A stretch of DNA of 41,694 nt from Chthonomonadales bacterium (GCA_038217285.1 JBBQPO010000017.1:1-41694), one strand, 5' to 3'; shown: positions 29,044 to 38,837, counted from the stretch's first letter. Notes: a model not told the origin generated them from the sequence alone. Numbers and translations: made by a program.

Positions 29044-29655
29044 TCAGCGGTCCAGCGATAGATCAAGCGATTCGACTTTGCCGTTGCGTCGGACGCCCAG
29101 GATCGGTGCGGACGCCACTTCAGGAATGAGTTTGGCGCGCTCTTCGTCGTCGAACGTGACCTCACGCGGCTGTTTTTTATAGGAGACCTGGTACATCGCC
29201 TCTTGGTGACATTTGCAGACGACGAGCGGTATCTTATCTCCCTGTTTTTTGACCTGCATCGGGTACCCTGCGGTCATCCATCGAAAGCCGTAGGTGACGA
29301 CCACCGCCTGTCGGTCCAGTTCGAAACCACCCTGCTCCAGGCGCAACCCGAGCTTTCCCAAACGTACCGAGGTAGGACACTCGAGCAGGCTCGGCGACGG
29401 GATATACTTCGGGATCATCTCCTGAATCGAACCAGGCTCCGCGTTTTTATGGTCGGCCTTGTACTGCTTCCATGCCCTATAGAACAGGGCCAGCCGCGCC
29501 TTGCACTCTGTACGTTCGCCAGCCTCCGCTGCGGTTTCTGCGGCGGCGCGGGCCGAAATGTCCATGCCTTTCTTCAGGCGGCTCACCCCATACGCTACCG
29601 CAACGACGACCACGAGAACCAGAAATATAACGCCAGGCATTTTGGATTTCGACAT
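29044..29655 (-). CDS. Hypothetical membrane-anchored, pseudopilin-like protein
   Basis: GGAGG RBS, N-terminal TM helix, then C..RL..FY.A..QY..DH...P.S..E..PKY......ECP, resembling DUF1559/GspG-type globular starts. Confidence 0.65.
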   Translation of the reverse strand: MSKSKMPGVIFLVLVVVVAVAYGVSRLKKGMDISARAAAETAAEAGERTECKARLALFYRAWKQYKADHKNAEPGSIQEMIPKYIPSPSLLECPTSVRLGKLGLRLEQGGFELDRQAVVVTYGFRWMTAGYPMQVKKQGDKIPLVVCKCHQEAMYQVSYKKQPREVTFDDEERAKLIPEVASAPILGVRRNGKVESLDLSLDR

Positions 29656-29778
29656 AATCTCCTCCACGAGATGAGTGTTGTTCGCCAGCGCCGATTTGGC
29701 TGGGACAACGTATGATAAATGACAATGGCGACAGGCCCGCTCCTCAGTCTCCGAGGGAGATTTTTTTAGGGCCCAACC

Positions 29779-31500
29779 TTATCGACGACTGAGGCGGGGA
29801 TCCGGCACACACTCCGCGCCTTCCGTCCACAGGTAGTACCGGTCGGCGGCCAGGTTCGATACCTGCTGATGCAGACCGGAGGGCCAGGCGATCTCGATGC
29901 GATCCACCCTACCCGCCGTACCAAGGCCGAAGAGCGGTCGAATATCGCTATGGGAACAGTAGCTGGAGCCACTATGTACGACACGGATCTGTCTGTTGCG
30001 CCCGGACCAGAGCGTCAACTGCGCGCCAACCCCATCGCGATTACTGCGCGTTCCCTGCACGCGAAATCCGATCCAATGTCGGTTTTTCGCGCCCGTATTG
30101 CAGTAAAGACCCAGGGGATCTCCCGGCCCGCTGACCAGAACCGCAGCGCGCCCGTTGTTCAGATAGTCCCCGACGGCGAGGCCACGGGTGGTGCGCGGTC
30201 GGGACAGATCACCGACGTTCTCTCTGTCCTCCGTGAACCGTCCATCGCCTCCATTGTGCAGGAGCTGTTGCGGCTCCCGGTAGGTGACCCCGGCTCCGGA
30301 CAGATCCACATTGTCGTTGATATGGCCGTTTCCGACGATCAGGTCGAGATGCCCGTCCAGGTCGTAGTCCAGACTCTCGACACCGAATGCAAGGTAGGGC
30401 TGCGTCGCGTCCCCAACTCCTCCCCACGAACTGGCCCAGCGAAAAGTACCATCACCGTTGTTGAGGAAGTAGGAGCGCGGCTGATGACTGAAGTTGCCTG
30501 CAAACAGGCTTTCGCGCCCCGTTCCGGCGAAATCCCCGACGGCGACTCCCATCCCTGAGAGTGGCAGGCCTTCCGGCCCCATCGCGACACCCGCCGCGAC
30601 TCCGACCTCTTCGAACGTGCCGTTGTGCCTATTGTGTAGCAGCCAGTTCGGGGCAAGATCGTTGGTGAGGTAGAGATCCGGCCAGCCGTCCCCATCATAA
30701 TCCAGACTGACCGCGCCCAGGGTTCTCCCTTGCAGATCCGCGAGGCCCGCCTTCCGGGTGACATCGGTAAAAGTCCCGTTACCGTTATTATGATACAGCA
30801 CACACGTGTCGCAGGGATAGAGTGTCGGCACACAGTACATAGGTCGGCCGTCCTGATCGAGACAGGGCCGGTCTACGTTTGGAAACCAGGAAGCGTAATG
30901 GCAGACCAGCAGATCAAGCCAGCCATCCCGGTCACAGTCCAGCCACACAGCGCTCGTGGCCCAGTGCGGTTTGCCCTTCTGAACCAGGCCTGCCTTCGCG
31001 GTCACGTCGGTGAAATGACCGTGATCGTTGTGCCATAGATGTACACCGCCATACCCCGTGACAAGCAGATCCGGCCAGGAATCGTTGTCGTAGTCCGCAA
31101 CGGCGACTCCCTGACCGTAGCCCATATCTCCGGCTAGCCCAGCCTGCGCGGTGACGTCCTCGAATGTTCCGTTCCCTCGATTGCGGTAGAGGACGCAAGG
31201 CGGCCGGCGTTGCGGGCTGCTGCCGGGTTCTGCACCGCTCTGGACCGCAAAAATATCGAGATGTCCGTCGCAGTTATAGTCCAGAAATGCGACTCCGCCT
31301 CCCGTTGTCTCGATGAAATGCCGTTCCGGGGTGACGCCGTTCTCATATCGAAAATGCAGTCCTGCCTGTTGCGTAACATCCTGAAAAGCGCCGGTGATGA
31401 CGGCGGCGTTCGGCGTTCGGCGGCCTCGGCTCACAAGGAGCGCTGCCAACAGCCCGGCGGCTCCAATAAGGGCCGCGTAACGCCATATCCCGGTTTTCAC
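29779..31500 (-). CDS. CRTAC1 family protein (FG-GAP repeats + ASPIC/UnbV domain)
   Basis: Signal/TM segment and repeated DxDxDG.PD and F.DVT..AGL motifs. C-terminal NRDGVGA...GSSYCS......FGLG...WPSG. Confidence 0.92.
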   Translation of the reverse strand: MKTGIWRYAALIGAAGLLAALLVSRGRRTPNAAVITGAFQDVTQQAGLHFRYENGVTPERHFIETTGGGVAFLDYNCDGHLDIFAVQSGAEPGSSPQRRPPCVLYRNRGNGTFEDVTAQAGLAGDMGYGQGVAVADYDNDSWPDLLVTGYGGVHLWHNDHGHFTDVTAKAGLVQKGKPHWATSAVWLDCDRDGWLDLLVCHYASWFPNVDRPCLDQDGRPMYCVPTLYPCDTCVLYHNNGNGTFTDVTRKAGLADLQGRTLGAVSLDYDGDGWPDLYLTNDLAPNWLLHNRHNGTFEEVGVAAGVAMGPEGLPLSGMGVAVGDFAGTGRESLFAGNFSHQPRSYFLNNGDGTFRWASSWGGVGDATQPYLAFGVESLDYDLDGHLDLIVGNGHINDNVDLSGAGVTYREPQQLLHNGGDGRFTEDRENVGDLSRPRTTRGLAVGDYLNNGRAAVLVSGPGDPLGLYCNTGAKNRHWIGFRVQGTRSNRDGVGAQLTLWSGRNRQIRVVHSGSSYCSHSDIRPLFGLGTAGRVDRIEIAWPSGLHQQVSNLAADRYYLWTEGAECVPDPRLSRR

Positions 31501-31522
31501 GTCAACCCCTTCTGAACCAAAC

Positions 31523-32788
31523 TTAGCCCACGGTCATCGTCGAGTAGACGGCGGTAAAGACCTCTTTCGGAGTAGTCAGGCCCTGTGCGATCTTGGCATA
31601 TCCGTCTTCGAGCATCGTCCGCATGTTCTGCTTGGTGCGAACATAAGCGGTTATATCCATAATGGACGCGCGCCGCGCGATCATCTCACGCAACTCGGGC
31701 GTACTGATGAGGATCTCGAAGAGGCCAAGGCGGCCCTTAAAGCCGGAGTTGCGGCACTGGTCACATCCACGGCCCTTGTAGAAGGGCACACCCTTCATTT
31801 TATCCGGATCGAGCCCGATTTCCAATAGTTCGTCCGGATCGGGCGTGTAGGCCGTCTTACACCGCAGGCAGATGGTGCGAACCAGACGTTGCGCCATCAC
31901 CGCCTGCAGAATGGAGGCGATGAGGAAGGGTTCGCCTCCCATATCTATCATACGGCCGACGGTTTCGATGGCGTTGTTCGTATGCAGTGTGCTGAGCACA
32001 AGGTGGCCTGTAAGGCTGGCCTGCATTCCAATGGCGAGAGTCTCGGCATCACGCATCTCGCCGACGAGCATCACATCCGGATCCTGCCGCAGGAAGGAAC
32101 GCATGACACGCGGGAAGGTGAGCTTTTCGGTAACCTGCACCTGCGTGATATGGTCGGCAAACTCGTATTCGACCGGGTCTTCGACGGTCACGATGTTCCG
32201 TTTGACACGCTCCAGTTTGTTGACGGAAGCATAGAGCGTCGAGGTCTTCCCGCTCCCGGTCGGACCGGTCACCAGCACCATTCCGTAGGAGGACTGCACG
32301 GCGTTTGTCCAGCGCTGCAGGACGTCCGGAGCCATGCCCAACTTGTCCAGCTCCACCTTGGCGCCCAGCGGATCGAGCAGACGCATGACGACTTTTTCGC
32401 CGTTTAGCATCGGCAGGCAGGACATACGCGCGCTGAGACGACGCGGCCCATACTCCATATCGAGGCGTCCGTCTTGCGGCTCACGGCGTTCGTCGATATG
32501 CATCCCGGCTGCGAGTTTAAGTCGGGCAAGAATGTTGGGCACGATCTCCAGACTATACATGCCAACATCGACCATGACGCCATCCATCCGGTACCGGACC
32601 AGCAGACGGTTGCGCTCCGGCTGTAGATGGATGTCGGACGCGCCGAGGTCGAGCGCCTGCTTAAACAGCAGATCGACCGCACTCACTGCTTCGGTGAGGT
32701 CGCCTCCCATCTCGCGTGCGATACCGGCCTCACGCATAATCAGTCGAAAGTTGCCCTGACGTCCTGCCATCTGAGTCATCGTGCTCAC
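31523..32788 (-). CDS. GspE/PulE/PilB family secretion ATPase (short, no N-terminal MshEN/N1 domain)
   Basis: ASDIH, PQDG, Walker A GPTGSGKT, TVEDPVE, LRQDPDV..VGEMRD, TGHLVLSTLHTN and CxxC...CxxC. Confidence 0.93.
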   Translation of the reverse strand: MSTMTQMAGRQGNFRLIMREAGIAREMGGDLTEAVSAVDLLFKQALDLGASDIHLQPERNRLLVRYRMDGVMVDVGMYSLEIVPNILARLKLAAGMHIDERREPQDGRLDMEYGPRRLSARMSCLPMLNGEKVVMRLLDPLGAKVELDKLGMAPDVLQRWTNAVQSSYGMVLVTGPTGSGKTSTLYASVNKLERVKRNIVTVEDPVEYEFADHITQVQVTEKLTFPRVMRSFLRQDPDVMLVGEMRDAETLAIGMQASLTGHLVLSTLHTNNAIETVGRMIDMGGEPFLIASILQAVMAQRLVRTICLRCKTAYTPDPDELLEIGLDPDKMKGVPFYKGRGCDQCRNSGFKGRLGLFEILISTPELREMIARRASIMDITAYVRTKQNMRTMLEDGYAKIAQGLTTPKEVFTAVYSTMTVG

Positions 32789-32792
32789 ACTC

Positions 32793-33854
32793 CTACTTGC
32801 CGAGGAACTGGTCTACATTATCTCTGGTGACGATCACCATGTCCGTCTTGACGACCTGCTTCGGAGTCTTCCCGTCGAAGACGTCCTTCATGGTATCGAT
32901 GATAGTCGCGCCGATCATCTTTGGCTGAACAGCCAGCGTCGCGGTCAGTTTCCCGCCCGCCTTGATGTCTTCCAGGCTGGTCTTATTGCCGTCGATGCCG
33001 ATGGTCAGCAAGGGATGTCCGGCTTTCGTCGCGGCTTCCGAGGCGCCCTGAACCATCGCATCGCTGCATCCGAAAACGAGATCGAGGTTTTTGTACTTCT
33101 GAAGCCAGGTCTGGGTGATCTGCGAGCCGGATTCACGACTCCACTTCCCATTCTGCTCATCGGAAACCGTGATGTTCGGGTAAGCCTTCAGCGCGTCCCG
33201 GAAACCTCCAGCGCGCTCGGTCGTGTGGTCGCTCGGCTCCCCGTCGAGAATGGCCACGGTGCCTTTGAAGTCGCCGTTTTTCGCCTTCAGCAGTTCCGCC
33301 GCCTTCTGCCCGCAGAGCTTGCCGCCTTCGCGCTCATCGTACCCGATATAGGCGACGACCTGCCCCTGTTTGACGGGTGTGATCTGGTTATGAACGTAGA
33401 CTGGAACTTTGGCGTCGTTGCAAAGCTGCACGATGCTGTTCAGCGCGTCGGGGTTGATGCCGCACACGCTCAGTGCATCCGGCTTTTTTTGAAGCACCGT
33501 CTTAACGAGCGCGACCTGTGCCGTGTAGTCGTCTTCCGCGCCAGGAGCCTGGTCGATAATCTCATTCCATCCCAGTTTCTTCGCCTCTTCCGCCGCCCCC
33601 AGGGGAAGCTGCTGATGAAACTCACTGGTCTTGGCAGGAGAGATAATGGCGATCGTTCTCGCTCCCTTCGACGGCACCCCTGCGGTACCGTTGCTGCCAG
33701 GGGGGCCACCGCTGGAGGGCGGCGCACCGCCAGCATCGGGTTTGTTGTCTCCGCAGGCGGTCAGCGCCAGACTGCAGAGCGCGGCCAAACCAACCCCGGC
33801 GAAAGTTAGACGCAGACGCCTTCCCTCATTGGAAAGCGCGACATTCGTTCTCAT
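32793..33854 (-). CDS. Sugar ABC transporter substrate-binding lipoprotein (RbsB-like)
   Basis: LTAC lipobox, YIGYDE..GG, ERAGGF, D.M..GA, IGIDG and ATLAVQP. Confidence 0.92.
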   Translation of the reverse strand: MRTNVALSNEGRRLRLTFAGVGLAALCSLALTACGDNKPDAGGAPPSSGGPPGSNGTAGVPSKGARTIAIISPAKTSEFHQQLPLGAAEEAKKLGWNEIIDQAPGAEDDYTAQVALVKTVLQKKPDALSVCGINPDALNSIVQLCNDAKVPVYVHNQITPVKQGQVVAYIGYDEREGGKLCGQKAAELLKAKNGDFKGTVAILDGEPSDHTTERAGGFRDALKAYPNITVSDEQNGKWSRESGSQITQTWLQKYKNLDLVFGCSDAMVQGASEAATKAGHPLLTIGIDGNKTSLEDIKAGGKLTATLAVQPKMIGATIIDTMKDVFDGKTPKQVVKTDMVIVTRDNVDQFLGK

Positions 33855-34840
33855 GATCGGATCGTCCTCCTCTTTTGAAACTGGTCGAAACCTACGGCGA
33901 CCATGATAATAGCGCCGATAGCGACGCGCTGCCAGTTGGAGTCGACGGCGCTCAGAATGAGGCCGTTGCTTATAGTCTGCATGAGCAGCGCGCCCGCGAA
34001 AGTGCCCGCGAGGCTGCCCCGCCCTCCCGTCAGGCTTGTCCCGCCTATCACCGCAGCAGCAATGGCGTTAAGCTCCAGATCTTTGCCCGCATCCGGCACC
34101 GCCGCGCCAACGGTTCCCACCGCGATCAATCCTCCAAGCGCCGCGAGCAGGCCGCCGACAAGATAGACGATGATCTTGACACGCTCTACATCGACGCCGG
34201 AAAGGAGGGTAGCGGTTTCGTTGCCGCCGGTCGCATAGATGGAACGTCCGATGCGTGTACGGGTCAAAATCAGATGCCCAGCGACGAATACGAGGCCCAT
34301 TACCAGTACGGCGTAGGTTAGGTTGGTGTGCGAACCGTCCGCGTTGACCACGGACTTCAGGTTGGAAGCCGTAAATTTATAGTGGTCCGGCAATCCGGAG
34401 GAGATTCCGGACCCCTTGGAGACCAGAAACGCCACCCCGCGCACGATGCTCATCATGCCCAGCGTGGCGATGAAAGGCGGAAGCCGAAATCTTGTGATAG
34501 CGAGGCCGTTGATGGCTCCGACCGTTGCTCCCGCGACGAGTGCGACGGTAATCCCGAATCCGGCAGTGGCGGCCAGTCCCCCAAACCAGTCCGGGTGCTT
34601 CGTCATCACCCAGGCCCCCAGAAATGGCGCCAGCGCCGCGACGCTGCCGACGGAAAGATCGATGCCTCCCGTCAGGATGATGGCGGTCATGCCGACCGCG
34701 ACGACCGCGATCTCGACGGACTGGTCGAGCACATTGAGAAGGTTGGACGCTTGCCGGAACTCCGGCAGTTTCACGGCAAAGATGAGAATGACGACGACGA
34801 GGGCAATATAGGCTCCCGCGTTGCGCCAGAGATTTCGCAT
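33851..34840 (-). CDS. Sugar ABC transporter permease (RbsC-like)
   Basis: [39 protein letters not shown] and [17 protein letters not shown]. Confidence 0.94.
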   Translation of the reverse strand: MRNLWRNAGAYIALVVVILIFAVKLPEFRQASNLLNVLDQSVEIAVVAVGMTAIILTGGIDLSVGSVAALAPFLGAWVMTKHPDWFGGLAATAGFGITVALVAGATVGAINGLAITRFRLPPFIATLGMMSIVRGVAFLVSKGSGISSGLPDHYKFTASNLKSVVNADGSHTNLTYAVLVMGLVFVAGHLILTRTRIGRSIYATGGNETATLLSGVDVERVKIIVYLVGGLLAALGGLIAVGTVGAAVPDAGKDLELNAIAAAVIGGTSLTGGRGSLAGTFAGALLMQTISNGLILSAVDSNWQRVAIGAIIMVAVGFDQFQKRRTIRS

Positions 34841-34904
34841 AGTGTCCTCGGTAGGGAATCTGGATCGTGCGGGAAGAAGGCTGTCCGTCTGTAGGCCGGC
34901 GGTG

Positions 34905-34950
34905 TACCAACGTTATATTGGATTATAACATATCGTGCGAACGGCGTCAA
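34905..34950 (-). promoter_or_regulatory. Sigma70 promoter with LacI-like operator for the ABC/GspE operon
   Basis: Minus strand TTGACG-N17-TATAAT (34950-34922) with extended TG. AACGTT-centred imperfect palindrome at 34905-34918 over the start site. Confidence 0.75.
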
Positions 34951-35002
34951 TCTGCCCCTTTCCCCACGGGCGGTGTCGGCCCCCACCTCGGCGAAAGCGC
35001 GG

Positions 35003-35031
35003 TTGACAGCCCCGGAAAGTACGGATACAAT
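35003..35031 (+). promoter_or_regulatory. Sigma70 promoter for LOG-ruvA
   Basis: TTGACA-N17-TACAAT. Confidence 0.78.
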
Positions 35032-35109
35032 GAGGACGCAGATTGAACCTCTCCCAGACCATCCATTCGTAGGAAGGGTAGGCAAGGTAGGTCACAGGAA
35101 GGGACGGCT

Positions 35110-35691
35110 ATGCAAAGAGTATGCGTTTTTTGTGGTTCGAGTCCGGGAGCCGACCCTCTCTATATGCAGGTGGCGCAGGGCGTCGGAGCTTTGCTGGCGC
35201 AGCGCGGAATCGGACTGGTCTATGGGGGAGCGCAGGTCGGCCTGATGGGAGCCGTCGCGGACGGCGCCCTGTCGGCGGGCGGCGATGTCATCGGCGTCAT
35301 TCCACATTCGCTGGTTCGTAAAGAAGTCGCGCATTCGGGCCTTGGCGACCTGCGCATCGTCAGTTCCATGCACGAACGCAAGGCCTTGATGTCGGATCTT
35401 TCGGACGGTTTTCTGGCTCTACCCGGCGGCTGCGGAACCTTCGAGGAGTTTTTCGAGGTAGTGACATGGGCGCAGATCGGCATTCATCGCAAGCCGTGCG
35501 CACTCTTGAACGTCGCCGGCTACTACGATCCGCTGTTGGACCTGTTGCACCACGCGGTCGCCGAACGTTTCGTGCGCCCGGAGCATCTCGGCCTTGTCCT
35601 CGTTGACACGGATGCGGGCCTTCTGCTCGACGCGATGAGTCGCTATGTCTCCCCGATCCTCGACAAATGGATGGATCGTAAACAGACCTGA
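35110..35691 (+). CDS. LOG family nucleotide phosphoribohydrolase (TIGR00730)
   Basis: VFCGSS.G, LVYGG...GLMG, MHERK and PGGCGTFEE (PGGxGT..E). Confidence 0.94.
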   Translation: MQRVCVFCGSSPGADPLYMQVAQGVGALLAQRGIGLVYGGAQVGLMGAVADGALSAGGDVIGVIPHSLVRKEVAHSGLGDLRIVSSMHERKALMSDLSDGFLALPGGCGTFEEFFEVVTWAQIGIHRKPCALLNVAGYYDPLLDLLHHAVAERFVRPEHLGLVLVDTDAGLLLDAMSRYVSPILDKWMDRKQT

Positions 35692-35704
35692 AAGAAGAAC
35701 CATT

Positions 35705-36337
35705 ATGATCGCGCAGTTGACTGGAACCATCGTCCGGATCGAGGGGAATGTTGTTGTCCTGGACGTAAGCGGCGTCGGGTACGAAATCGTGGTGCCGATT
35801 CCGACACTGGCAGGACTACCCGAGGTCGGAGGTAAAGCGACCTTACGAACCCACCTTGTCGGCCGCGTTCAACCCGACTTCGACATGACACTCTACGGAT
35901 TCCTGGACGCGCAGGAGTTGCGGGCCTTCCGCGTCCTGCTCGGAGTCTCCGGAGTCGGGGCAAAAGTCGCACTGGCGATGCTCTCCACGCTCAAGGTGGA
36001 CGAACTGGCGCGGGCCGTTTCGACGACCGATACCAAAACGATCACCAAAGTCCCGGGTGTCGGTCCCAAACTCGCCCAGCGCCTGTGCCTCGAACTCGGC
36101 GACAAAATGGCGGCCTTCGTCTTCGAACAGAAGGTAGATCGCGCCATCGCCGGTCAGCAGACCGCCGAAGAGAACGCGATCCACGAAGATATTATCGATG
36201 CTCTGGTCGGACTGGGATACGGAAGGCCCGACGCGCGCCGCGCCACCGATATGGTGTTCGCCAAATCCTCGGACAAGACAAATGCCAACGCCCTCATATC
36301 TGCGGCCCTCCAGTTTCTCACCTCTGCAAAGCGATGA
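35705..36337 (+). CDS. ruvA: Holliday junction branch migration protein RuvA
   Basis: MIAQLTG, DVSGVGY, LYGF, HhH motifs VSGVGAK and VPGVGPK.A.R..LEL, and ALVGLGY. Confidence 0.95.
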   Translation: MIAQLTGTIVRIEGNVVVLDVSGVGYEIVVPIPTLAGLPEVGGKATLRTHLVGRVQPDFDMTLYGFLDAQELRAFRVLLGVSGVGAKVALAMLSTLKVDELARAVSTTDTKTITKVPGVGPKLAQRLCLELGDKMAAFVFEQKVDRAIAGQQTAEENAIHEDIIDALVGLGYGRPDARRATDMVFAKSSDKTNANALISAALQFLTSAKR

Positions 36338-36524
36338 ATCTATTCGGATGTTTAGCACAGGCGGTACTGAAGCCGATAGAGAGCGCGGACAGAAGCCAAA
36401 GCAGTTGGCAAGCGCAGGCCCTGATATCTGTCCGTGAGAAGACCGGCTAGACCGTCCGCCAGAACTATTTCAGGGCTTTTCCCCTAAATGTATGGGTCTG
36501 GTGAAAAAAAGCCCCTAGATGTAC

Positions 36525-36577
36525 TTGTCAAAACGCGACATATCGTCTATGATAGAGATGTGGAAACTTTCCACATC
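36525..36577 (+). promoter_or_regulatory. Sigma70 promoter followed by a perfect palindrome (operator or 5' hairpin)
   Basis: TTGTCA-N17-TATGAT (36525-36553). GATGTGGAAA-C-TTTCCACATC at 36557-36577. Confidence 0.7.
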
Positions 36578-36880
36578 GGGAATCGGTCTTGATAAGTGTA
36601 GAGTACATCCGTACAGTGACGCAGCGCCTGATGGCCTGCTGTCCTTCCGCCGCGCCCACTGTCCTCCGGTCGGACAGGCGCGACTTGCGTCCCCGCCGCA
36701 AGCGGGACGCCTTATCACTATCGCGGGCTTAACCCGAACAACAGGGTCCCGGTGTTACCGGATGCAGGCGACATTTCGTCTCCTCCGGAGAACCCTATAA
36801 ATCCCTGCGGGGCTTTCGTCCGCCGCCCTTTGCGCCCCCTCCGGTAGTGAGCGCAAAAAGGAGTGGTCCGAAACCGTTCC

Positions 36881-38725
36881 ATGACTATACAACAAATAAC
36901 CCCGCACTTCAATGCACCTGCATCTTCCGGCCCCGGGCTTATGCTCGTCACGCCGGAATCGGTCACCCGCTCGCCGCTCGCCGCTCGCCAGCACCATGTC
37001 ACCGACAACCTGGAACAGCTTCTGGACGCGTTGCCGCGGCCCCTTCGAGTCCAAATCGAAGCCGGAGGGAACACGGACGATCTCCTGGAGATCGTGATGG
37101 ATCTCGGACGCATCCCCGAAGCTCGGTATGCGGAGAGTGTGCTATACCTCGGAACCGAGCCTATCACGGCCGAAGACATCGCCTATGTGATCGAAAGAGT
37201 CGGGTCTTTCGGAAAAGACAACCGCGCTGGTATCGAGCGCACACTACACCGTATCTCCGCGATTCGCAACCGCCAGGGGAAAGTCGTCGGACTGACCTGC
37301 CGCATCGGTCGCGCCGTCTACGGAACCATCGACATCATTCAGGACGTTGTCGAGAGCGGCAAGAGCATCTTGATGCTCGGTCGGCCCGGTCGCGGCAAGA
37401 CGACCAAACTGCGTGAGGTGGCGCGCATTCTCTCGGAAGAGCTGAAGAAACGCGTCGTCATCGTGGATACCAGTAATGAGATAGCCGGGGACGGTGACAT
37501 TCCGCATCCTGCCATCGGCAAAGCGCGCCGAATGCAGGTGTCCGCTCCCGAACTCCAGCACAGCGTCATGATCGAAGCGGTCGAAAACCATATGCCCGAG
37601 GTCATCGTGATCGATGAGATCGGCACGGAGCAGGAGGCGTTCGCGGCCCGTACCATCGCCGAGAGAGGCGTACAGTTGGTCGGCACCGCGCACGGCAACA
37701 GCCTGGAAAACCTGATGATGAACCCCACCCTGTCCGACCTGGTGGGCGGCATCCAGGCCGTGACCCTCTCCGACGACGAAGCCAAACGGCGCGGGACCCA
37801 GAAGACCGTACTGGAGCGCAAGGCGCCGCCGACCTTTGACGTGATCATCGAGATCATGGAGGTCGACAAACTCGCCCTTCATCTCGATGTCGAGCGCACG
37901 GTAGACAAACTCCTACGCGGTATACCGCCCCGTCCGGAGATACGCATCCGCAATGCGCAAGGACAGATAGAGGTCATTCAGAAAGCGGATGAGTCGTTCG
38001 GTATTCGCGAAATGCCGGAGCGGACCGACTACCGTGAACCCAGCGGGCGCGGCAGGCCGGAACGTGGCAACAGCCAAGCACCGACCAACCGCACTCGACA
38101 GACCGAACCACGGCACGATGCTCCGGAACGGTCCCCATCGACGGCCCGCCTTACACCGCGCCCGGCTTCCGTCGCGGCGCAAAGCGGGACCAGCACCGCA
38201 CAAGGGACGGAAGCGGCGGCAACCGCCCCTGCGACAAAGCCCCTTCCGGCGACGGTCCGTATCTTCCCGTATGGGGTCAGCCGGAGTCGGCTCGATCGGG
38301 CGATCATCGAAAGCCATCTCCCCGCGTATATCGCGCGTGACATCGCTGACGCGGATGTGGTCATCGCCCTGAAAGCGACGTACAAACGCGAACCCGGCAA
38401 GATGCGGGAGGCCTCCCAGCGCAGGCTGCCTGTGTCGGTGGTCCGCAGCAACACCTACGCGCAGATCGCCAACAGTGTCCGCGAGATCTTTGGGATGAAA
38501 CCCGACGTGATCGAGGAGCACGAAGACGAGCTCGACGAAGGACTGAATGAGGTCCAGGACGCCGTGGAACTGGTGAAACGCAACGGTGAAGCGATCGAAC
38601 TGGCCCCGGCCAACTCGTACACCCGCCGCCTGCAGCATCAGATCGTGGAGCGCCACCAGCTCACGTCCGAAAGCGTGGGGGTCGATCCGCAGCGGCGCGT
38701 CCGAATCCTTCCGATAGGCAGCTAA
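36881..38725 (+). CDS. Ycf45/SpoIIIAA-like AAA+ ATPase with C-terminal R3H domain
   Basis: [63 protein letters not shown] and RRLQH (R3H). Start uncertain. Confidence 0.92.
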   Translation: MTIQQITPHFNAPASSGPGLMLVTPESVTRSPLAARQHHVTDNLEQLLDALPRPLRVQIEAGGNTDDLLEIVMDLGRIPEARYAESVLYLGTEPITAEDIAYVIERVGSFGKDNRAGIERTLHRISAIRNRQGKVVGLTCRIGRAVYGTIDIIQDVVESGKSILMLGRPGRGKTTKLREVARILSEELKKRVVIVDTSNEIAGDGDIPHPAIGKARRMQVSAPELQHSVMIEAVENHMPEVIVIDEIGTEQEAFAARTIAERGVQLVGTAHGNSLENLMMNPTLSDLVGGIQAVTLSDDEAKRRGTQKTVLERKAPPTFDVIIEIMEVDKLALHLDVERTVDKLLRGIPPRPEIRIRNAQGQIEVIQKADESFGIREMPERTDYREPSGRGRPERGNSQAPTNRTRQTEPRHDAPERSPSTARLTPRPASVAAQSGTSTAQGTEAAATAPATKPLPATVRIFPYGVSRSRLDRAIIESHLPAYIARDIADADVVIALKATYKREPGKMREASQRRLPVSVVRSNTYAQIANSVREIFGMKPDVIEEHEDELDEGLNEVQDAVELVKRNGEAIELAPANSYTRRLQHQIVERHQLTSESVGVDPQRRVRILPIGS

Positions 38726-38744
38726 GGAGTTAGCTCCGTGGCAC

Positions 38745-38778
38745 ACGCAGGAAGAGCCTCAACCGGCTCTTCCTGCGT
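38745..38778 (+). terminator. Hairpin, probable terminator
   Basis: 14-bp stem ACGCAGGAAGAGCC/GGCTCTTCCTGCGT after the AAA gene. Confidence 0.7.
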
Positions 38779-38837
38779 CGTATTTAACAGCTTGCGCCAG
38801 CAAACCTTTCCATCGGCGACTACCACTCGGAGAAAAG

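Noticed and set aside
32781..33809. Long antisense or alternative-frame ORFs (e.g. 32781-33809 +, 4310-5425 +, 5768-6757 -, 39422-40531 -)
   Set aside because: Shadow ORFs of well-supported genes in GC-rich DNA, with no recognisable motifs.
36338..36520. Imperfect hairpins downstream of ruvA
   Set aside because: No recognisable tRNA, SRP, 6S, tmRNA or RNase P motifs. At most terminator-like.
36640..36715. GGGACGCAA on the minus strand, reminiscent of a c-di-GMP-I riboswitch; a c-di-AMP (ydaO) riboswitch was also considered because darA is nearby
   Set aside because: Lacks the GGCAAAC/GNRA elements, and no minus-strand gene lies downstream. The ydaO consensus GCTGAATCC is absent.
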